Origin: Hemiscyllium ocellatum
Lineage: Eukaryota
DNA length: 64,000 bases
Reading direction: 5' to 3'
Assembly: GCF_020745735.1 (NCBI RefSeq)
Contig: NW_026867467.1
Span: 1,406,200 to 1,470,199, forward strand
The notes under the pieces were generated by a model, which was not told where the DNA came from, searched no databases, and worked only from the letters and a program-made list of their open reading frames with translations. Both the position numbers and the translations under genes were made by a program. Each line of letters opens with the position of its first letter. Position 1 is the stretch's first letter. Below are positions 1 to 11,955 of the stretch, one piece after another.

Positions 1-852
1 GAGGAAGGAAGTGGTAGGTTACAGCGGGATATAGATAAGTTGCAGAGCTGGGCGGAAATGTGGCAAATGGAATTCAATGTAGCTAAGTGCGAAGTCGTTC
101 ACTTTGGTAGGAATAACAAGATGATGGATTACTGGGCTAATGGTAGGCTACTTGGTAGTGTGGATGAGCAGAGGGATCTTGGTGTCTATGTACACAGATC
201 TCTGAAAGTTGCCACCCAGGTAAATAGTGCTGTGAGGAAGGCATATGGTGTACTGGGCTTTATTGGCAGAGGAATTGAGTTCCGGAGTCCTGAGGTCATG
301 TTGCAGTTGTATAAGACTCTGGTGCGGCCTCATCTGGAGTATTGTGTGCAGTTTTGGTCGCCATACTATAGGAAGGATGTGGAAGCTTTAGAACGAGTGC
401 AGAGGAGGTTTACCAGGATGTTGCCTGGAATGGTAGGAAAATCTTATGAGGAAAGGCTGAGGCACTTGGGGCTGTTCTCATTGGAGAAGAGAAGGTTTAG
501 GGGAGATCTGATAGAAGTGTATAAGATGATTAGGGGTTTAGATAGGGTAGATACTAAGAACCTTTTACCGCTAATGGAGTCAGGTGTTACTAGGGGACAT
601 AGCTTTAAATTAAGGGGTGGTAGGTATAGGACAGATGTTAGGGGTAGATTCTTCACACAGCGGGTTGTGAGTTCATGGAATGCCCTGCCCGTATCAGTGG
701 TGAACTCTCCTTCTTTATGGTCATTTAAGCGGGCATTGGATAGGCATTTGGAAGTTATTGGGCTAGTATAGGTTAGGTAGGATTCGGTCGGCGCAACATC
801 GAGGGCCGAAGGGCCTGTACTGCGCTGTATCCTTCTATGTTCTATGTTCTAT
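1..852 (+). mobile_element. Young CR1-type LINE, 3' end (ORF2 C-terminus 40..771 open; TTCTATG tail)
   Basis: [19 protein letters not shown] and FFTQRVV motifs; 3' tandem tail; runs off the window start. Confidence 0.95.
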
Positions 853-1744
853 ATATGACAAACGGCATTGGACACATCACCGATTCCTGTATTTATCACA
901 AGCCTCCAGTCTGAAAAACAACACCCATTATGTGCAACAGATTCTGTCCAAATACGCATCGTACCAGCACATATACTCTGCTCTTCCAAAACAGAAACAA
1001 AAGCTGCTTTCACTTTGTAAAACAAAAAAAAGACACTGCTACTCTAGGGAAAGACAGAAGGAAATAAACAACCAAAAATTGGCTCTCGCTGTGCCAACCA
1101 ACCACTCGTGGGCATGGGCCACAGAGCACCAAAATAAAAATAAAGTCAAGGTCATCAAATAAAACAAACAACAAAAGAACAACTCGGATGCGGGGTCTTC
1201 TCATCACAAAATCTTAGTTTGCTCTCTCTCATGGATTATGTCTGACCCACTGAGATCTCCAGCATTTATTCATTTCAATGAATTTTTTTTTAAAAATCGG
1301 CTCTGCTTTGTTGACATTGAACACTCCTGAGAAAGGAATCTGGGAATGATTAAAAATTCAGAAGGATTCCTGTTCATTTCAACCAAAAATAACTTACCGC
1401 TCACACTGATCCCCATCAAGGGTTTCTGGGATAGTGACATTGCAGGACTTCAATACAAACCCCCTTGGCCTAAAATAGGGCAGCTTATCTGCGGTGAGGT
1501 CCTGCAGTGAGGTAGATTCAGAGCGATTTTGTTGTAATGACATAGCCCCGCTCGACACAGGTTCAGAGGCAGAATGGGTCAGTATTCAAGCTGTTTGTCA
1601 TTAAGATGACCTACACATCGTTTCAGACCTGGTGAGGGATGGCGATGCACCTCTTGCAACTCAGAAAATGGTTACCTTTCTACAATCAAAGAGAAAGCGG
1701 GACAGTCATAGTAGAAGAAAGAGCATGAAGATCTAACTTGGAAC

Positions 1745-2362
1745 ATAATCCCTGAAAGTTGCCACCCAGGTTGATAGGGTTGTTAAGAAGGCATATTGTG
1801 TGTGAGCTTTTATTGGTAGAGGGATTAAGTTTCGGAGCCATGAGGTAATGCTGCAGCTGTACAAAACTCTGGTGTGGCTACATTGGGGTATTGCATACTG
1901 TTCTGGTCACCGCATTACAGGCAGGATGTGGAAGCTTTGGAAAGGATTCAGAAGATTTACCAGGATGTTGGCTGGTATGGAGGGAAAGGTCTTATGAGGA
2001 AAGGCTGTTTTCATTAGAGAAAAGGTTGAGAGGTAACTTAATTGAGCCATATAACATAATTAGAGGATTAGATAGGGTGGATAGTGAGAGTTTTCTTTCC
2101 TGGAAGGTGATGGCTAGCACGAGGGGACATAGCTTTAAACTGAGGAGTAAGACAGATGTCAGAGATAGTTCCGGGATAGGGACCTGGAATGCACTGCCTG
2201 CAACAGTAGTAGACTCGCCAACTTTAAGGGCATTTGTATGGTCATTGGATAAACATATGGATGAAAATGGATTAGCGTCAGATAAATAGGCTTCAGATTA
2301 GTTCCACAGGTCGGCGCAACATCAAGGGCCGAAGGGCCTGTACTGCCCTGCAATGTTCTATG
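1745..2362 (+). mobile_element. Decayed CR1-type LINE 3' fragment
   Basis: Frameshifted ORF2 C-terminus and the same 3' UTR/tail as 1..852. Confidence 0.88.
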
Positions 2363-2384
2363 ACTTGCTGCTGAAGCTGGGTAA

Positions 2385-2484
2385 ACCACAGGCACAATTG
2401 CTAGAGAAACTTAGCAGGTCTGGCAACATCTGTGGAGAGAAAGCAGAGTTAATATTTCAAGTCCAGTGACTCTTCATCAGAAGT
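2385..2484 (-). repeat. Penelope-derived terminal repeat with degenerate hammerhead motif
   Basis: Minus strand CTGATGA-A-GAGTC-ACTG-GACTT-GAA-ATAT-T. Confidence 0.55.
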
Positions 2485-2756
2485 AGTGAGATCAGATACT
2501 CTAAAATCGAGCTCAATGATCTATTCATTAGAAAGATGGAAGGGGAGGCAAGAGAAGAGGGGGAGTGGCTATTTTGATTCGGGAAAACATCACAACAGGA
2601 CTCAGAGAGGATGTTCCTGATGGATCGCCCAGTGAAACAATGTGTATGGATCTGAGAAAAAAAGAAAGGTTTGATCACTTTGATGGGATCGTACCATAGA
2701 TTCCCCAGTAGTCAGCGGGAAACTGAGGAGCAAATTGATGACTGACTGGTAAGAGA

Positions 2757-3008
2757 AGTCATAGTTTGAAGATATTAAGAGGAAAGTATAAAGGAGCCAT
2801 CAGAGGTGGGTTCTTTACGCAGAGAGTTGTGAATACATGGAATGCATTGCCAGTTGAGGTGGTGGAGGCAAAGTCATTGAGGACATTTAAGTGAATGCTG
2901 GACATGCACATGGATAGCAGTGAGTTGAGGGGTGCGTAGGTTAAGTTACTATATTTTACATTCGGATTAAATCTTGGCACAACATCGTGGTCTAAGGGCC
3001 TGTTCTGT
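2757..3008 (+). mobile_element. CR1-type LINE 3' fragment
   Basis: Similar to CR1 ORF2 end and 3' UTR. Confidence 0.8.
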
Positions 3009-3024
3009 GAGGCACTTTTTTTTT

Positions 3025-3338
3025 GATTAGACGAGATTACTTACAGTGTGGAAACAGGCCTTTCGGCCCAACAAATCCACACTGACTAGCCGAAGCACAA
3101 CCGACTCAGACCCATTCCCCTACCTTTACCCCTTCACCTAACACTGCAGGCAATTTAGCGTGGCCAATTCACCTAGCCTGCACATTTTTGGACTGTGGGA
3201 GGAACCCGGAGCACCCGGAGAAAACACACACAGACACGGGGAGAATGTGCAAACTCCACAGAGACAGTCGCCTGAGGCGGGAATAGAACCCAAGTCTCTG
3301 TGAGGCAGCAGTGCTAACCACTGAGATACCGTACCACC
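3025..3338 (-). mobile_element. tRNA-derived SINE (HE1/V-SINE-like)
   Basis: Head with A/B-box-like motifs (GGTATCTCAGTGGTTAGCAC...GGGTTCTATTCCC), TGCAC..TCTCCCCGTGTCTG core, LINE-like 3' end. Confidence 0.85.
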
Positions 3339-3972
3339 CATGTGTCTATGTTCTAAATATGCAGGGAGGTCGCTGATAGCTGTAAGAATAATAAAGTTAT
3401 AATAGAAAGAGATCTTAACTTTCCAAACATAGACTGGTAATGGATGGGAGTAATTTATTAAATTTATTCAAGAAAACCTTCTCAATCGATATGTAGATAG
3501 CCTCCGAGAGAAGGGGCAAAATTTAACGTCCTCTTGGGGAATAAGGCAGGGCAAGTCACTGAGATATTAGTGGGCAAACACTTACCACATCAGTTTTAAA
3601 ATAGCTATGGAAAAGAATAAGCCTGATCCAAAAGTTAAAGATTTTCAAATTGACAATGGGAATAATTCAATCTTTGGACATTCTAGCCTGTAAATATAAT
3701 ATGTTGAGTTTGTTTCCCAGTCTTTGATATTGTACATGAAGTGAGACCTCTCAGCACTCCGATCTCTGTTATTCTTTGTATGCCTGATGGATTATGTTCA
3801 TATATTTAATGTTTATTTCCACATTTGTGTTTGTAATTGTATCTTTAATATTGTAAAGTACAAATAGATTTCTGTCGTATATCAATCATACATAACCTGA
3901 ACTCTGTGGGAATATCTGTTTTAATTAAATAACTTGTGTGCATTCTGAACATGGAGTGAACCTACATGATGT

Positions 3973-4105
3973 AAAACAGAAAGTGCTGCAAATACTCAGC
4001 AGATCAAACAGCATCTGTGGAGAGAGAAATACAATGAATGTTTCTGGTCAATGACCTTTCATCAGAGAAAATGAGTGAGTATTTCTAGCAGTCTCTGTTT
4101 TTATT
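3973..4105 (-). repeat. Penelope-derived repeat with hammerhead-like motif (4036-4066)
   Basis: Minus strand CTGATGA-A-AGGTCA-T-TGACCA-GAA-ACAT-T. Confidence 0.5.
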
Positions 4106-4259
4106 TAATGTTCACAGCATCTGGACAATACAGATTTTCCAATTATAAACCTTCACAAAGTATTATTCAGTTGGTTGACGTGGGTAACTATTGAGAGATT
4201 AACGCCATCCTTTTTGATCTTATAGTCGCTGTGATTTGGAGGCTAGGATTTGTCTACAG

Positions 4260-4395
4260 CTTAAAAATGTGTTGCTGGAAAAGTGCAGCAGGTCAGGCAG
4301 CATCAAAGGAGCAGGAGAATCGATGTTTCGGGCATATGCCCTTCTTCAGGAATGTTTCAGCTCTGATCTCCAGCATCTGCAGTCCTCACTTTCTC
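4260..4395. mobile_element. Short non-autonomous Penelope-derived insertion with hammerhead motif
   Basis: 17-bp TSD CTAGGATTT(G/C)TCTACAG at 4243-4259 and 4396-4412; minus strand CTGAAGA-A-GGGC-ATAT-GCCC-GAA-ACAT-C. Confidence 0.8.
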
Positions 4396-5261
4396 CTAGG
4401 ATTTCTCTACAGAATGGCGTGCAGAGAATTGGAAATGACTTATTTCTCTGTTGCTCTGTTTGAATGTTAGAATATAAATATGTCACTGGACTGTGAGATC
4501 GGAGTGGGACTGAACACAGTCTCTGTTTGAGCCTGTGGTTTGATGATCTCTGTGTATCTCTGTATCTCTGTATCTCTGTGAGTGATAATGTACCGACTAC
4601 GGGAGCGAAGGAACCACCTGCATTATTCCTTGGATTGCAGGAGAAAGGTGGGAAGGAAAGCAGAAGGGAAAGTCTGTGATGGGTGGAGGGCAGGAGAGAC
4701 TTCAATGACGGAATGACCAAAATGGTGCAAGGACTGGGGTGGGCAGAAGAAATCAATAAATGAAGAAACAAAAGCTGAGGATCTTCAAAAGCTGTTGTCC
4801 AAAAGCAATCAAAACGAAAGAAAATGGTGACAGAAATAACAATTGGAGGTACTCTGTCATGACTTTGTTATTGTTTACAGGGTACACAGTTACTGAATGA
4901 ATTCTGTCTGGTTTCTCATCACCAACTCGTGTATGGCCAGTACTGTCAGTTTTAAAGTATCTTGTTTCAGCAAAAGGAGCTGGAGTCAAGCAGCCAATTC
5001 ATTGTTGGACAGAAATTCCATTCCAGCCCAGCTTCAGTGGGAAGACACAGGGAAACGTCCTCTCCCTGTTGATGTGATGGCCCCTTCCTCACAGGGCACT
5101 GTTATATCCTGGCAAATCTGCATTAAACAAAGGCAGACTGTGTCTGTTGATGAGCAACCTTTGTGCATGCGATGAGTCTCCTATTTGTGAACTGAATATT
5201 ACAGACACAGTTTGCAGTGAAGGGGCTGGAGGAGGATACAGGGATAGGGAATGGGGATAGG

Positions 5262-8200
5262 ACAGAACATAGAACATGGAACATTACAGTGCAGTACAGG
5301 CCCTTTGGCCCTCGATGTGGCGAAGTGTAAAATCAACCTGAAACTCATCTCACCTTCACAATTCCATTTTCATCCATGTTTATCCAATGAACATTTAAAT
5401 GCCCTTAAAGTTGGTGAGTCTCCTACTGTTGCAGGCAGTGTGTTCCATGCCCCCTACTACATTCTGAGTAAAGAAACTATCCCTGAACATCTGTCCCATA
5501 TCTATCATTCCTCAATTTAAAGCTATGTCCCCTTATGTTAACCATCACCATTCAAGAAAAAAAGGATGCCCTCTGATTATCTAACCCTCTGATTATCTTA
5601 CAGACCTCAATTAAGTCACCTCTCAACTTTCTACTCTCTGTCAAAAACAGCCTCAAGTCCTTCAGCTTTTCCTCATAACACCTTCCCTTCATACCAGGTC
5701 ACATTCTAGTAAATCTCATCTGAACCCTTTCCAAAGCTTCGGTATCCTTCCTATAATGCAGTCACCGGAACTTTACGCAGTACTCCAAAACCAGAGTTTT
5801 GGACAGCTGCAACATGACCTCATGGCTCCGAAGATCAATCCCTCCACCAATAAAAGCTAATACACCATATGCTTTCTTAACAACCATATCACCCTGGGTG
5901 GAAACTTTCAGGGATCTATGTTTGGGGACACCGAGATCTCTCTGTTTATCTACACTGCCAAGAATCTTACCATTAACCCAGTACTCTGTATTCCTGTTCC
6001 TCCTTCCAAAGTGAATCACCTCACACTTTTCCACATTAAACTCCATTTGCCACTTCTCAGCCCAGCTGTGCAGCTTATCTATGTCCCTCTGTAACCTGCA
6101 ACATCCTTCGGCAATATCCACAACCCCACCTACCTTAGTGTCATCCGCAAATTTACTAACCCATCCTTCTATGCCCTCATCCAGTTCATTTATAAAAATG
6201 ACAAACAGAAATGGGCTCAAAACAGACCTTGCAGTACCCCACTAGTAACTGAACTCTAGCGTGAACATTTCCCATCAACCACCACCCTTTGTCTTCTTTC
6301 AGCTGGCCAATGTCTGATCCAAACTGTTAAATCACTGTCAATCCCATGCCTTCGTATTTTATGCAATAGTCTACCTTGGGGAACCTTATCAAACCCCTTA
6401 CTGAAATCCAAATGCACCACATCAACCACTTTACCCTCATCCAGCTGTTTGGTCACCTTCTCAAAGAACTCTATAAGGTTTGTGTGGCATGACCTACCCT
6501 TCACAAAACCATGTTGACTATCCCTAATCAACTTATTCCTTTCGAGCTGATTATAAATCCTATCTCTTTTAATCATTTCCAGCACTTTACCCACAACTGA
6601 AGTAAGGCTCACTTGGAGAAAATTACTAGGGTTGTCTCTACTCCCCTTCTTGTACAAGGGGACAATACTTGCTATCCTCCAGTCTCCTGGCACTATCCCT
6701 ATTGACAATGACAACATAAAGTTCAAAGCCAATGGCTGTGCACTCTCCTCCCTGGCTTCCCAGAGAATCCAAGGATAAATACCATCTGCCTTAAGAGACT
6801 TATTTATTTTCCTACTTTCCAGAATTGCTAACAACTCCTCTTTGCAAACCTCAATCCCATCTAGTCTAGTCACCTGCATCTCAGTATTCTCTGAGACAAC
6901 GTAGTCATTTTCCAATGCGAGTACATTGAAAAGAATTCAGTTAGCGCTTTTCCTATCTCCTCGGACTCCATGCATAACCTCCCACTACTGTCCTTGTTTG
7001 ACCCTAAACTCACTCTAGTCATTCTTTTATTCTTGATATACCTGTAGAAACCTTTAGGTTTTTCCTTGATCTGACCTGCCAATGACTTTTCACATCCCCT
7101 CCTGGCTCTTCTTAGCTCTTTCTTTAGGTCTTTCCTGGCTAACCTATAACTCTCAAACACTCTAACTGAGCCTTCACATCTCATCCTAACATATACCTTC
7201 TTCTTCCTCTTGACAAGAGATTCAACTTCTTTTGTGGACCACAACTCCCTTACTCAAACACTTCCTCCCTGCCTGACAGGTACATACTTATCAAGGACAC
7301 GCAGTAGCTGTTCCATGAATAAGCTCCACATTTCAATTGTGCCCATCCCCTGAAGTTTCCTTTCCCATCCTATGCATCCTAAATCTTTCCTAATTGCACC
7401 CTACTTGCAACAGTTATACCACTGCTATAACTCTTGCCCCTGGGATATACCTAACCCTTTCCATTGCTAAAATAAACACAACCAAATGTGGGCACTATCA
7501 CCAAATGCTCACTAACCTCTGAATCTAATACCTGGCTAGGTTCCTTACCCAGTACCAAATCCAATATGGTCTCGTCCATTGTTGGCCTGTCTACATACTG
7601 TGTCAGGAAAACTTTCTGCACACATTTGACAAAAACTGATCCATCTAAAGTACACGAACGATAGTATTTCCAGTCAATATTTGGAAAGTTAAAGACCCCC
7701 ATAACAACTACCCTGTTACTCTCGCTCCTATCCAGAATAATCTCTGCTCACCTATCCTCTCCACCTCTGGAACTATTTGGAGGCCAGCAGAAAAGTCCCA
7801 ACAAGGTGACATCTCCTTTCCTGTTTCTAAGCTCAGCCCATACTACCTTAGTAGACGAGTCCTCAAATGTACCTCCTGCCACTGTAGTACTGTCCTGACA
7901 AACAATGCCACACCTCCCACTCTTTTACCATCTTCTCTGTTCTTACTGAACCATCTAAATCCCGGAACGTGCTCAAACCATTCCTGTCCCTGCTCTATCC
8001 ATGTCTCCGAAATGGCCATAACATCGAAGTTCCTGGTACCAACCCATGCTGCAAGGTCACCCACCTTATTCAGGATGCTCCTGACACTTCAAACCACTTC
8101 TTGCATGCCAATGCACTCTTGCAACCTTGAAACCATATTTCTGACCTCACCACTCTCAACCACTTGGACGGTGGAACTACAGTTCAGGTTCCCATCCCCC

Positions 8201-8960
8201 TGCTGAATTAGTTTACACCCTCCCGAAGAGCATTAGGAAATTTCCACACACCGCCCTCCTCCCCTGCCTAGGATATTGGTACCCCTCTGGTTCAGGTGGA
8301 GACCATCCTGTTTTCTCTAAATGATGTTGTTAGTGTTTATGTGGACCACCTTTGGGGGCTGCTACCCCTCCCCCTCAAGGATCCCAAAGACATGATCCGA
8401 GACATCCCAAACCTTGGCACCTGCGAGGTATCACACCAACTGTGAGTCTCTCTCCATTGGAACCTCCAATCTGTCCTCCTAGCTATGGAGTCCCCAGTGA
8501 CGAATGCTCTGCTCATCTCCCTGTTTCCCTTCTGAGCAACAGGAACAGACTCTGTGCCAGGGATCTGTATCCCATGGCTTACCCTTGGTAAGTCGTTTTC
8601 CCCCCCCTCCAATAGTATCCAAAATTTTATACTTGTTATTGAGGGGAATGGCCACAAGAGTTCCCTGCACTGTCTGCCTGGTCCCTCTTCATCCCCTAAG
8701 AGTAATCCATCTGCCTCCTTCTTGTACCTGAGGATCAGGTACATCCCTGTAACTCCTCTCAATAACTCCCACCACCTCCTGAATAATCCAAAGTTCAGCC
8801 AGCTCCAGCCTCAGTTCCCTGACGCAGTTTTCGAGATGCTGGAGTTGGGTGCACTTCCCGCAGATGCAGTCAGCAGGGACACTAGCGGTGACACTTACTG
8901 CCCACATTCTGCAGGAGGAACATTCAACTGCCCGAACCTCCATTCTCACTTATTCTGAAT
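5262..8960 (-). mobile_element. Near full-length decayed CR1-type LINE (ORF1 Zn-finger/esterase, ORF2 APE+RT)
   Basis: ORF1 start MEVRAVECSSCRMW..CICGKC, GDS esterase motif, APE motif DVMAISETW, RT motifs HGFVKGRSC, DFSKGFDKV, FADD; many stops and frameshifts; tail at 5262. Confidence 0.93.
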
Positions 8961-9109
8961 TCCCAGAGAGACGATTGAAAAAGAAACAATAAAAGAAACG
9001 AGTGATCTGGACATGGTTGCAATGATAAGGTGGTGTTCTGGGGTTATACAGATACATGGAAGTGTACAGGTCCTGGTGAAGATTATATTGATAGGGAAGT
9101 GTGTTATTA

Positions 9110-9957
9110 TTACTTATTTTCAGGGGGAGAGGGTGGAGCAGAACTGTAAGTATATAACTAACTGACTGCGGGGATTCACGGCCTTGTTTTCAGGGACAGA
9201 GGGTGGAGCAGAGCTATAAATATATAACTAACTGACCTTGTTTTCAGAGGTGGAGGGTAACGCACAGCTAAAAGTAAATAACTAACTGACCGTGGGGATT
9301 CACGGCCTTGTTTTCAGGGGTGGAGGGTAAAGTACAGCTAACAGTAAATAACTAACTGACCACGGGGATTCACAACCTTGTTTTCAGGGATGGAGGGTAA
9401 CATACAGTTAAAAGTAAATAACTAACTGACCGTGGGGATTCACGGCCTTGTTTTCAGAGATGGAGGGTAACGCACAGCTAAAAGTATACAACTAACTGAC
9501 CGCGGGGATTCACGGCCTTGTTTTCAGGGATGGAGGGTAACATACAGTTAAACATAAATAACTAACTGACCCCGGGGATTCACGGCCTTGTTTTCAGGGG
9601 TGGAGGGTAAAGTACAGCTAAAAGTATATGACTAACTGACCGCGGGGATTCACGGCCTTGTTTTCAGGGATGGAGGGTAACATACAGCTAACAGTAAATA
9701 ACTAACTGACCCCGGGGATTCACAGCCTTGTTTTCAGGGATGGAGGGTAAAGTACAGCTAAAAGTAAATAACTAACTGACTGCGGGGATTCACGGTCTTG
9801 TTTTCAGGGGTGGAGGGTAATGCACAGCTAAAGGTATATAACTGACTGATTGCGGGGATTCACGGACATGTTTTCAGGTGTGGAGGGTAAAGTACAGCTA
9901 AAAGTAAATAACTAACTGACCGTGGGGATTCACGGCCTTGTTTTCAGGGGTGGAGGG
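9110..9957 (+). repeat. 70-bp tandem array, about 12 units
   Basis: ACTAACTGAC recurs at 9281, 9351, 9421 ... 9911 (period 70); the first two units are divergent. Confidence 0.97.
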
Positions 9958-11187
9958 TGTTATAAGTGACTTCTGTCTAGGTATTCTAAATTTCCGGAGA
10001 ATAGTCCCTGACACTCGGCTAACTACTCTACACTAGGGCTATGGTTCAGCTCAACTGGGTTCTGCCTCCACACTCTGCCGACCGCATACTGTCCTTTAAC
10101 CCTTGACTTCAAGGGAGACTGTCCACAAGGTCCCGTCCTAGGAGGCGAACTCCAAGCTGTCAGCACCAGCCCTTATCCCCTCCGGCTACCGCTTTTCCCG
10201 TGGCAAATCGAAATGCTGCGAGACACACAAATGGAGCAAAGGATGTTTATTCAAACTTGCAAGTTTGGACGTCTTCCAAAAGGACTTAGGAAGAATCGCG
10301 CGGAAGGGTTTTACAGCAGTAATATTTATACATTATTCTTACATTTGAAAACATTAGTGACAATTCCATTGGTTAAAACATTTCACGCTTTTCTCTGCCA
10401 ATTCTTTAATTAAATGTTATATTGTTTTTAACAATTCTGCTGGTTAAAGCATTTCTTGGTTATCTGCATGTCATAAAAGGGCTTCTATTGTATTTTGCCC
10501 TCTGTGTCTAGCTAAAGCATTCCTTGGTATCTTGCCCAAGGTTACCATGTTCCTGACATAACAGCGGTGACTTCTGGTTCATGTTCCCATATGGCCTAGT
10601 TGAATATCAGTCTCATAATTAGCCTTTACTCATTAAACCTCAGTTTTAGTACAGAAATTACCTTACACATANNNNNNNNNNNNNNNNNNNNNNNNNNNNN
10701 NNNNNNNNNNNNNNNNNNNNNNNNNNNNNNNNNNNNNNNNNNNNNNNNNNNNNNNNNNNNNNNNNNNNNNNNNNNNNNNNNNNNNNNNNNNNNNNNNNNN
10801 NNNNNNNNNNNNNNNNNNNNNNNNNNNNNNNNNNNNNNNNNNNNNNNNNNNNNNNNNNNNNNNNNNNNNNNNNNNNGTATGTGTGAGGTGTGTTTGTGTA
10901 TGAGGTGTGTGTGTGTGAGGTGTGGAGAGTGTTTGTGTGTGAGGTGTGTGTGTGTGAGGTGTGTGTGTGTGAAAGGTGTGTGTGTATGTGTGAGAGGTGT
11001 GTGTGTGTATGAGGNNNNNNNNNNNNNNNNNNNNNNNNNNNNNNNNNNNNNNNNNNNNNNNNNNNNNNNNNNNNNNNNNNNNNNNNNNNNNNNNNNNNNN
11101 NNNNNNNNNNNNNNNNNNNNNNNNNNNNNNNNNNNNNNNNNNNNNNNNNNNNNNNNNNNNNNNNNNNNNNNTACATTAACCATATCA
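9958..11187 (-). mobile_element. ERV 3' LTR (contains two assembly gaps)
   Basis: TGATAT...ATAACA termini; TATAAAT (~10330), R-like GCGCGATTCTTCC, AATAAA at 10251-10246; follows the PPT. Confidence 0.75.
10672..11171. other. Assembly gaps (N 10672-10876 and 11015-11171) flanking a TG-rich simple repeat (10877-11014)
   Basis: Seen directly. Confidence 0.99.
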
Positions 11188-11204
11188 ATCCCCCCTGTCT
11201 TTTT
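11188..11204 (-). promoter_or_regulatory. Retroviral polypurine tract
   Basis: AAAAAGACAGGGGGGAT between the env stop and the TG that starts the LTR. Confidence 0.85.
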
Positions 11205-11955
11205 ATACAGTCTGTAATTTCTGCAGCATAATCATGGCCTGTCTATCCCAATCAGCCTCAGGATCGTCCGCATTAGTCTGGAGGTGAATGCCCACTACTG
11301 TACGCGGGTCGCCCTTCATCAGGGCCGTCTCAATAAGGCGGGTAATCAGGCCCCGCAGACAGGGAATTATACAACAGCCCAAAGCGACTAAAACCCCTGT
11401 TACCACTAGAAGTGTAATCACTACTGAGACCACCACCCCCTTCCATTTACCGAACCACCGCTCGAGCCAGCCAGTCCAATCAGTATTTACACCTGAATTC
11501 TCAGCTATTTCCTCGGCCAGCGCCTGGAGACCCTCCAAGGCACGGGTGACCGAGCCGTCAGGGGCCGTATTTTTGGGAATAAAAGTGCAACATTGAGAGC
11601 CGATCATGGCACAAACACCCCCCTTTTCAGCTAGGAGCATATCCAAGGCCAGCCTATTTTCCCAAGCCATACGACTGGTGGCATCCAGTTGTTCCGCCAG
11701 GCCCTTTACTGCATCCCTAGTATGGTTAATAAATCGTGCTTGGTTATAATAAATGTAGTTTATCCAATCGACATTCTTGTTAATAGTGACCCACCAGAAC
11801 AGGGACGACTCAAAGCCTGCTGCAATTTGGTTACGAGCTTTGAACTCATCAGGCACCCACCTAGGGACCCCTATTGAATCAAGATAAATCTTATCATCAA
11901 AAGAAGTGGGCAACAGCGACCTCCTATCCCTTCCCTTTCTCCCGACTATCTGTTC
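11203..11955 (-). CDS. env: Endogenous retrovirus env, TM subunit (gamma-type), 5'-truncated
   Basis: RDRR furin site (11931-11920), immunosuppressive-domain-like ENRLALDMLLAEKGGVC, CX6CC motif (CAMIGSQCC), hydrophobic TM anchor, cytoplasmic tail; open from 11955 to the stop at 11203. Confidence 0.93.
   Translation of the reverse strand, partial: EQIVGRKGRDRRSLLPTSFDDKIYLDSIGVPRWVPDEFKARNQIAAGFESSLFWWVTINKNVDWINYIYYNQARFINHTRDAVKGLAEQLDATSRMAWENRLALDMLLAEKGGVCAMIGSQCCTFIPKNTAPDGSVTRALEGLQALAEEIAENSGVNTDWTGWLERWFGKWKGVVVSVVITLLVVTGVLVALGCCIIPCLRGLITRLIETALMKGDPRTVVGIHLQTNADDPEADWDRQAMIMLQKLQTV

Noticed and set aside
1-852. 54-kb segmental duplication (cluster repeat unit) implied by the matching LINE copies
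   Set aside because: Sequence after the two tails is unrelated, so they are independent insertions.
3270-3338. tRNA genes
   Set aside because: These tRNA-like heads (also ~32150-32218, 38414-38470, 39220-39288) belong to SINEs and lack a full cloverleaf.
9110-9957. 70-bp array as a CRISPR array or an Ig switch region
   Set aside because: Units repeat along their whole length with no unique spacers, there are no cas genes, and the DNA is eukaryotic. As a switch region it is on the wrong side of the C exons and its G-rich strand is the IgM template strand.
10600-11217. Long ORFs spanning the N runs
   Set aside because: Artefacts of translating gaps and a TG/CA simple repeat.
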